A stretch of 64,000 nucleotides of DNA, from contig NC_058373.1 in assembly GCF_018350175.1 (NCBI RefSeq), positions 109,246,001-109,310,000 of the forward strand, read 5' to 3'. Both the position numbers and the translations under genes were made by a program. Below the pieces are notes generated by a model. It made no database searches. It was given only the letters and a program-made list of their open reading frames with translations, and was not told the DNA's origin. Position 1 is the stretch's first letter, and the number at the start of each line of letters is the position of its first letter. Shown one piece after another: positions 55,073 to 64,000 of this stretch. The stretch comes from Felis catus. Its lineage: Eukaryota.

Positions 55073-58000
55073 TCATTGCTTTCCAAATCAAGCAACTACC
55101 AGTTGCTCAAATATTAATAAACATTTTTCAACCCAAAATACCAGAATTTGAAAGGAGAGCAGAGGGTGTCATTTCACAATGCAGGAGCCCAATGGCAGTC
55201 TCACCACTTAAGTAACACCAGCATTCCCTTGAGGTCTGGGTCCCTACACCCCTGCTTCGCTCACCAAATTCCTTTTCATAGTTTCCCCATGCATGACCAC
55301 TCCTCCATGCTTCTCCTTGTCACTTTGAGAAGTGTTTCCAATTGACTTCAACAGCAATCCCTGATGCTCTGATAAGCAGTCCTCTCGGAGGAACATTTGA
55401 AACACTATTCCTATCTCAAGCTTCTCTCATCAGTCAGAGTTATACGATGGCTCTATGCCTTTGACAGCACCCCTACATCAGAGAAAGAGGATGTCAGAAA
55501 TACTTGATGCCTGTTGTACACAGAGCTCTACCTGAAGCTTGTAAGGCAATCTTAAAAAAAAAAAAAAAGTGTCCCCAACCCTTGAGATTCTTCAGGTGTC
55601 TTTATGAGCCACTGCTTCCTATCTCCTTCACTCAAAGAATGAGGCTTGACTCTGCCGCTATGTTCTTTAAACAGTGGCTACTGCAACCTCCACGAAGCAA
55701 AGAGTTTCAGAGCACTTAAGGCTTAGGATTTGGACAAACCAGGAACTGGCATTAGTTCAAATAATAAATATTTGAAGACACAAGAAATGCCTTCAAAGGA
55801 GTAATTATCCATTAAGCGATAAAACACTGAAGGAATGTTCCATCAAAATCAAAGACACAGTTTGCATCATATTCTTTCCAAGCCATCGTGCAGTAAAGCC
55901 TCTCCAAATTTCCTATCTTAAAGACATAGAGGCTTTTGTTAGCTTTGGGATTTGGGGAGTGAAATATGCAGCTATTAATAGTCTCTACGTGAGAGTTGAT
56001 AGCCTATTAGTGGCTTGCAATGAAAACCAATAGGAAAAACCTTCATACCTTTGGCCAAAAAAAGTCACATAATAATGTCACCGCAAAGGGGAATTTGTCA
56101 TCTAGACAAGAAGAGATGGCTTAACTACCAGGTTCAAGAAATCAGAGAATTAGAGAGAGGAAATTTTTATGGAATATTCTGTTCGGGTCCTTTGCAACCT
56201 GGGGCCTATTGAAAAACATGGCCCTTCCCGAAATGATCACCGCTGACACAGGGATCTCAAAAGCCATCACACCATCTCCCAGACAGGCTTGTTCTTTATT
56301 TTCTGCTTCTTATTCTACACCCAACAACTGTGAGTGATGTACGCAGTTTTACAAATCACCAGACACACATGCTCACAGATACATGGCCTATGGCTGTTCC
56401 AACACAGTCAACTTGAGACAGCAGGGTTATAAACAGAGAGAAAAGGGCATTAAAAATAAGTCATTTTCCAAGGTCTGTTAAAAATTTGAACAGAAAGAGA
56501 TGATGTTACATTTCCCATCTTCCTATAAAAACAGCAACTCTTCAAATTTTAGCATAGAGTCAGGGCTGTTTTTAAAATTGCTTTCAGATATGAAGGCAGA
56601 TTTTTTTTTTCAAGTTGAGCTACAGGGTCAGACTGCTCAAGTAGACAGAAGGTTTGCTGAGTGGCTGGTGAAATATCCATATTCTGGTTTTGGGGTTCAA
56701 GGGAGCAGGAAGTCTAAGAGGGTTAGACAGAGAGGACAGTTGTAGACGGAAACTCAGGGCAGTGCCTTGGCACTGATTATCTGGAGTAGCCCAGGCTATC
56801 ACAGGTCTGCCTTGGTGCAGACAGACCTCTTTAAATCATCATCCCAGAGCTACTGTTTGCTTCTCAACAGTAGAAGCAGCCTGCTGATCAGAGCAATGGG
56901 CTTTAAAAATAGAGCCTACAAACTGAAATGTCAGTGATGACACATGTTAAATCAGATACCTCAATCCCCTCATTTGCAAAATGCTGTTTAACCTAATTAC
57001 TTAATGGAAGCATTGGGAAGACTTGGCATTCAGGCATTCCCAAAACATTTATCCACAGACATGTGAATTTTGCTATCTAACATTTTTAAAATTACAAAAA
57101 CATACTTTTTTCAGATGATGGTCACAATCCTTCAGGTAACAATTTGCAAGATTTTTTAAAAGTTGCTTTAAGTGTAAGAGAACTCTATTCAAATATATAT
57201 ATAAATGATATCTATCCTTCATATTAAAGAAAAAAAAACTCAATGAAGATCAAAGAATTTCAAACCATTAAAAGAAAGCAAAATACTACCTTGGAAGGAA
57301 ACGTTTGGGAATGTAAAATTCAAGTTGTTTCTAACATGATTTAAAGGATGTAAGGAAAACAGAATCTCCACAAACGTATTTTTGAGAAACTCAGAAACTA
57401 TGAATTTGGCATTCATGCTTTAAAATCAGGCAAAGATTTGTTTACTCTTCTTAGTGTCAGAGTGAAATGATTTTAGTAATATGGAGTACCCTTGAGTTAC
57501 TTGCTAAACTTGGGGCATATATCTAAGTCATTCAAAGGAAAACAACCCTATATGAAAATGATTGCAGGGGGCATATGGGTCTACTACAAATTATCAACAC
57601 AGATATGGACCCGGTGAAAAAGACCCAGAAAACACCTCGAGCTTGACCTTTCTCTGGTAGATGACAGAGCAGATCATTCAGAATGGATTGTTTTCTAGGT
57701 GACAAGCCAACAGACATTTGGCTATGACTAAAGAGAAATACCTCTCTGGCCTTGATTCTAAAATGAAAGATAAAATGATAACACATTCCATAGGTAAAAC
57801 CATTAAAAACCAACATTCCCATTACCAAGTACACTAATCTTAAAGCAATGCCTGTGGTTGTTGTTATCCCTTTGATGAGCCATTAATAAAAAGAGAAAAC
57901 TAAGTTCAATTCTAAATAACTTATAGTCAATAAATGTTTGAGGTAAGATGGAGAGAATGAACTATGCTGCAAACACTCCAACCCACTCTGAACATGGAAC

Positions 58001-58232
58001 AAGCGTTTCCTGTTGAAGCTAAAATGCTTCCCAAACTGGGGAAGGATTTAGTGACCATCAGTTTCCACTAAGGTAACAATTGGCTTTGCTATCATTTATC
58101 ATTAACACTAAATAAATTGAAGCATTGTATGAAGTGACTATTCACTTAAAAAAAAAAAAAAGATCAATTTGGGAAAAAGAAATAAAAGTAACCAGACTAC
58201 TCAAAGAAAACAAATTAGAAAGGAAAGTTGGT

Positions 58233-58429
58233 GGGGCGCCTGGGTGGCTCAGTCAGTTAAGCATCTGACTCCAACTCAGGTCATGATCTCGCAGTTTGTG
58301 AGTTGAAGGCCCATGTTGGGCTCTGTGCTGACAGCTCAGAGCCTGGAGCCAGCTTTGGATTCTGTGTCTCCTGCTCTCTCTACTTCTCTCTGCTCACTCT
58401 CTTTCTCTCTCAAAAATGAATAAACATGA

Positions 58430-58492
<63 letters not shown>

Positions 58493-58607
58493 GGAAAGGA
58501 AAGGAAAGGAAAGGAAAGGAAAGGAAAGGAAAGGAAAGGAAAGGAAAGGAAAGGAAAGGAAAGGAAAGGAAAGGAAAGGAAAGGAAAGGAAAGGAAAGGA
58601 AGAAAAA
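58233..58607 (+). mobile_element. Can-SINE whose tail expanded to (GAAA)n(GGAAA)n
   Basis: TSD aaggaaagttggt / aagaaaacttggt. Confidence 0.92.
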
Positions 58608-59067
58608 AAGAAAACTTGGTTGTGGAGTATACTAGTTGGTTGTTGTTTGGCTGGCTTTTCCCTCAAACTCTGAAAGAGTCCAGATCATGGGGTCTCATGT
58701 TTATAATATAATTTATTATACAATGCACAATTTCTCAGTCACAAATTCTGTCCCAGAGCAGACCTCACCATAACCAACGCAAATTTACCAGCTGGGAATG
58801 GCCTATTCTGAAAGTAATGAATACTTTTGTAAGCCTTCCACACAAAAGAGTCAGAGTCTAGCAAAAGGCCATATTGGTAAAGACTGACCTCAAAGAGATA
58901 TCACACGTCATTGATGAACATGTAGAAAAGTAATCACACATACTGTGATACTAATCACCTTTTCCTTTAACCATAAGAAGAAATGAATGAATTTGTCTGT
59001 CATCTTTAGTTGCTGTCATATAACTACAGGATCTTTACCATAAATATTATAAAACATTTTGCCATCT

Positions 59068-59068
<1 letters not shown>

Positions 59069-59112
<44 letters not shown>
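59069..59112. repeat. (CA)n microsatellite
   Basis: Directly visible, about 220 bp downstream of the exon 3 donor. Confidence 0.97.
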
Positions 59113-59116
<4 letters not shown>

Positions 59117-59311
59117 ACGTTAATGCACCGTATTTTTCTGTTATTCCTCAAAAGGTTGCTTTTCATAGGTAGAATCATTTATTAGTTTTGCTAATTTTAT
59201 CAGCACCCCCTGCCTTTGCCAAGAAAAGAAACAAAGTTTTATATTCTCCCTACACTACAGCTCAATTACCACTAACCAAAACATATCGTTCATCAGAGTT
59301 GACACATCTTA

Positions 59312-59494
<183 letters not shown>

Positions 59495-59612
59495 CTATAT
59501 AAAATTACATAGCTGTCTTTTTGGGTTAAATATTCACATTTAGTTACAAAATAAAATGTTGCTCTCAAAAGAGGAAATAAATTATTGAAACGATGTTTTA
59601 ATCATGACTGCT

Positions 59613-59828
59613 GGGGCGCCTGGGTGGCGCAGTCGGTTAAGCGTCCGACTTCAGCCAGGTCACGATCTCGCGGTCCGGGAGTTCGAGCCCTGCGTCAGGC
59701 TCTGGGCTGATGGCTCAGAGCCTGGAGCCTGTTTCCGATTCTGTGTCTCCCTCTCTCTCTGCCCCTCCCCCGTTCATGCTCTGTCTCTCTCTGTCCCCAA
59801 AATAAATAAACGTTGAAAAAAAAAATTT
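59613..59828 (+). mobile_element. Young felid SINE (SINEC_Fc type)
   Basis: TSD tttaatcatgactg. Confidence 0.96.
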
Positions 59829-59885
59829 AATCATGACTGTTAAACTTCTTGCTAACAGCTAGGTTTAGAAGTTATTTCAAACGTA

Positions 59886-60693
59886 CAGAGAGAGAGTTAT
59901 CAATTTACATAGTTCCTATAGGCACAAATTTCAGTTACCACAGTTGAGTTAAATAAATTCAACAGCATGGTTCAAATTTCAGTTATCATAGTATAATAAC
60001 TGTAAACATCTGCATAAAATATAAACTTTTCTGCTAGCTCCCCAGCCTACAAATGACTGGTAAATGAAAGATACACATCATAATCAGTAACCAATCCCAT
60101 TACTTCTTTCCAAGCCCCTCAATATTGGTCATGGTGCATCTGTTATTAAGTTCGTGCCCACAAAGCATGTAGTTGTGTTGCCTCCTTGGTTCTCAGCAAT
60201 GAACCCACATGACATTTTACAAATATGGATCATCAAAAGCAGGAATTAGCTATCAAAGATTGGCCAGCAAATGATAATGCTGGAAGTGACATTCAAATTG
60301 AACACACATGAAGGTATAGAAGAAACACAGCTGTGGGAATGTTGACACTGCTGTCACTTGAGAGATTCTAGGGCACCTGGGTGGCTCAGTCAGTTAAGTA
60401 TCTGACTCTTGATTTCAGCTCAGGTCATGATCTCACAGCTCGTGACATCAAGCCCTGCAATTAGGCCCTGCACTAACAGCATGGAGCCTGCTTAGGATTC
60501 TCTCTCTCCTCCTCTCTCTGCCCCTCCCCAACTGATGCTTGCTCTCTCTCTCTCAAAATAAATAAACTTAAAAAAAATGGAGAGAGACTCTAGATATGCA
60601 AACAGAGGAATTGAGGGAGGGCGAACTTATCAACATAAGTCAGGACAGTGGTTGTGACACAAAGGATCAAAGCTTCCCAGAGGAAGTGATGCC

Positions 60694-60727
<34 letters not shown>

Positions 60728-61169
60728 CACATTAAAAGAGGTCTAGGAGAGAGTGCACAAGAGTGAAAGTACAAGGATAAAATAGTCGAGGCTGATACAG
60801 ACTTACAAAGGAGCATGAGCCTTTACTAAGAGAGAAAAAAAAAAGCTCTCTTCATGTCATGCTATATTACGAGAAGGCAAGTATTATTCAAGTGACTTGT
60901 GATCGTTTTTTACAAAGAAATGAAACACTTTAATTCTCAGTGTTTCTTACATTCTAAATCAGTGTGCTAAGTATTAGTTTTACTATTATTTGCATTTCCC
61001 TCCATTTATGATCAACAGTAAGAGAGTTTTTAATGTTTTGACAGACGTTGTTAAAGGTCACAGAATAATCACAAATTTTTACCCTGAGTGTTAAGATCGT
61101 ATCACACAGTTTCGACTTGCATGGTCTTTTTTATCCTCCCACACAACAAGGAAACATGAAGACTCCATG
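59886..61169 (+). mobile_element. TcMar-Tigger (Tigger6-like) non-autonomous DNA transposon with a nested SINE
   Basis: aaatttcagttacca repeats, tgggaatgttgacactgc, cccagaggaagtga and ttttttacaaagaaa motifs, matched to recalled consensus. Confidence 0.7.
60371..60577 (+). mobile_element. Can-SINE nested in the Tigger element
   Basis: TSD gagagattcta / gagagactcta. Confidence 0.92.
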
Positions 61170-61240
61170 TTACAATATAATGCACAAGCATTCTCATCAG
61201 TTCTTCTCATCAATTAAGACAGGTGCAGGTAGGAGGGGGC

Positions 61241-61251
61241 CAACATGGCCG
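61241..61251 (+). promoter_or_regulatory. YY1-type motif at the L1 5' end (CAACATGGCCG)
   Basis: Position and sequence resemble the 5'-terminal YY1 site of mammalian L1 internal promoters. A second YY1 core CCGCCATTTT lies at 62128-62137. Confidence 0.6.
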
Positions 61252-63119
61252 AGAAGTAGGGGGATCCATACTTCCCACGTCTCTAAAACAAAGAAGTGCT
61301 GAAGCCAAAGGACTTTGAACCCCAAGAGTCTGGAAGGAAAAGAGACTGAATCTACCAGGAAGAAGCCAGCACAACTTGAGAGACCATAGGTAGGCGATTG
61401 CTAACGGGGGGAGATAAAACGGGCCGCATAGGAACGAAGGGGGGAGAGGGGGGGCTGGAGGGGAGGGGGGACTGGGGGTGGGTCCCCTTCTGCAGAGACG
61501 AAGAGAAAGAGCGGCTAGGGAAGTTCAGAACTGTATCTGGACAAGAGAAAAACCTCGGACTGGGACCGAGAGGGAACCCATCTCTAACTGCAGGGATTTC
61601 TTCAGACTGGGGCCGGCTCCCTGTTCACGCACCTGGGGAGGAGGGGAGCCAGCCCTGGGCTGGTGGTAGATCAGGGGCACTGTCTGCCGTAGGAGAAAGC
61701 GGTCCCCTCCCTGGAGGGCGGCGCCGTAGGACAAAGCCTGCCCGCGTCTGCCACCCCCAGGCTCAGTGGCCTCCAGGGCGCAGTCCGCAGCAGGAACGAG
61801 CAACCCCCTTCCTGGAGTGCTGTGGGAAAAGACAAAGCCGGCCTCCATCCGCCACACCTGAGGGGTCGGTGGCACAGTCTGCAGAGGAGAGGCGGTCCTC
61901 CCTGAAGCGCGGTGGCACAAACAAAGCGAGCCAGGGCCACACTTCCGCCGCGCTGAGAGGCGTTTTCCCCAGCGCCAGAGTGCGCGGAGCCGGTCTTTGA
62001 ATCCTAGCCAAGCGCAGGGTCAGGGGAGTTGGCAGAGCGAGAAGGACCGCGCCGTCTGTCCCGCGGCACAGTGAGGACGATTCAAGTGGAGTCCAGCGGG
62101 TCTGTGGAGAAGAGAATGGAGGGACCACCGCCATTTTCCCTCCACCGCCACCACCAGGGCGGGGCCTCAGGGATGGGTCTGCAGGGGCCCACCGTGGAGG
62201 CGGGACCAGCCTACACCAAGCCACGCCCCTCAGTGAGGCGGGACCAGCCTACACCAAGCCACGCCCCTCAGCGCTGGGTAACTGCGTATCCACTGGAGCC
62301 AGACAGACCCTGTTTAACCAGAACGGACAGCTCCTCCAGAGGAGCGCTGCAGCATTGCCTGGATTAATTCTAGCTCAACTCTGGATATATAGATATAGTC
62401 TACCCTCCCCCCATTTCTCCTCCTTATCTCTTCCCTCCTCTACGCTGGTTACTCTGGTTATTGGTTTGTCTAAACAGACATATTTCATCCATTCTCTTGA
62501 TACATGCTCTACACCTCCTTCTTTACTTTCCTTTCTCTCTCTGGAATAATGAAGCCATATGGTTTCTCTGTCTGGATAACTCTATCTTCATTTCTTTTTC
62601 CCCGCCTCCTTCCTCATTTTCCTTTCTCTCTCTCAGGATTAAGCCTTTTAGTCTCTCTGCCTGGTCAATGTTTATTTTTCCTACCCCCCCCCAGCCATTT
62701 CTCTCTTTGTATGTGTTTGTCCATCAGCTCCGCTTCCACCCTGTCCTTTACTTGTGGCCAGTGTTTCTGGTTTTTTGCTTTTGATTGTTTTTAGTTTTTT
62801 GCTTTTTTTGTTTTTATTTGTTTTATGTTTGTGTGTTTGCATGCTTTTGTTTCCTGTTTGTCTATCTGTTTTCTTTTACAGGGCTATTCCAAGGAACAAA
62901 TCAAAGCACATCTGGTGGAGGGTCCAAAACATCACTACGAGTAGGGAAATAAAATAACCAAAGTCACAACAACAGCGAGCAAGTAACACTCTCCAAAAAA
63001 CACCTCCTGAAGGGCCAGGCCCTGGACGGTGTATGACCCTCCTTTAATATAGCAGTGCTCGCAGGTGCAGAGCACACAACAAACTTTTAAAACTCTTAAG
63101 GGACAGAAAACTAACCAAA

Positions 63120-64000
63120 ATGACGAAACGGAAGAATTCTCCTCAAAAGAAATTCCAGGAAGAAGTGACAGCTAAAGAATTGATCAAAACAGATTTAAGC
63201 AATATAACGGAACAAGAATTTAGAATAATAGTCATAAAATTAATCGCTGGGCTTGAAAAAAGCATAGAGGACAGCAGAAAATCTATTGCTACAGAGATCA
63301 AGGGACTAAGAAATAGTCATGAGGAGCTAAAAAAAATGCTATAAATGAGGTGCAAAATAAAATGGAGGGGGCCACAGCATGAATTGAAGAGGCAGAGGGG
63401 TGAATAGGTAAATTAAAGGATAAAATTATGGAAAAAGAGGAAGCTGAGAAAAAGAGAGATACAAAAATCCAGGATTAGAAGGGGAAAATTAGAGAACTAA
63501 GTGATGCAAACGGAACAGTATCCATATCATAGGAATTCCAGAAGAAGAGAGAGAGAAAGGGGCTGAAGGTGTAGTTGAACAAATCATAGCTGAGAACTTC
63601 CCCGATCTGGGGAAGTAAACAGGCATTGAAATCCAAGAGACACAGAGAACCCCTTTCAGACATAATTTGAATTGATCTTCTGCACAACATATCATAGTGA
63701 AACTGGCAAAATACAAGGATAAAGAGGAATTCTGAAAGAAGCTAGGGATAAATGGGCCGTAACTAATACAAAGGTAGAAACATAAGGATAGTAGCAGACC
63801 TATCTACTGAAACTTGGCAGGCCAGAAAGGAATGGCAGGAAATCTTCAATATGATTAGCATAAAAAATATGCAGCCAAGAATCCTTTATCCAGCAAGTCT
63901 GTCATTCAGAATAGAAGGAGAGATAAACGTTTTCCCAAACAAACAAAAACTGAAGGAATTCATCACCACTAAACCAACCCTACAAGAGACCCTAAGGGGG
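63120..64000 (+). pseudogene. L1 ORF1p remnant
   Basis: The N-terminal 74 aa are open, then an A-run frameshift (about 63329-63337) and in-frame stops follow. Later ORF1 motifs are visible in DNA (atagctgagaacttccc, atgcagccaagaatcctttatccagc). Confidence 0.9.

Larger units (their letters stand above)
61232..64000 (+). mobile_element. Carnivore/felid L1 with intact 5' end: ~1.9 kb 5'UTR plus disrupted ORF1; continues beyond the window
   Basis: Starts GGAGGGGGCCAACATGGCCG with a GC/CpG-rich UTR. ORF1 begins at 63120 (MTKRKNSPQKKFQEE...). Confidence 0.93.

Noticed and set aside
61398..62367. 200-aa and 112-aa plus-strand ORFs
   Set aside because: They lie in the GC-rich L1 5'UTR, start at non-ATG codons, and contain no recognisable domain.
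63120..64000. Potentially active full-length L1
   Set aside because: ORF1 has a frameshift and several stops, so it is not autonomous. The 3' part is outside the window.

Overview
This is a mammalian (felid) genomic window, judged by abundant Can-SINEs of the SINEC_Fc type and cat-type L1 3' ends. It covers the interior of KCNH5 (EAG2/Kv10.2 voltage-gated K+ channel) on the minus strand. Five coding exons are recoverable with GT-AG boundaries and consistent phases: 59438-59332 (107 nt), 54948-54820 (129 nt), 45026-44911 (116 nt), 38672-38280 (393 nt) and 13688-13262 (427 nt). From my recall of the human gene these are exons 3-7, running from the PAS domain through S1-S6 including the GFG filter. 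The rest is intron: about 30 Can-SINEs (26 on +, 4 on -), old and young L1 pieces, the 5' ~2.8 kb of a CpG-rich L1 at the right edge, solo LTRs, DNA-transposon relics, L2 fragments and microsatellites. Repeat family names are from recalled consensus motifs, not a RepeatMasker run, and the boundaries of old repeats are approximate. I see no prokaryote-type system and no novel protein-coding gene. The most interesting hypotheses are regulatory or structural: an antisense L1 5'UTR upstream of exon 3, inverted SINEs around the symmetric stop-free exon 6, young antisense SINEs beside three splice sites, and a G-rich/YCAY repeat.
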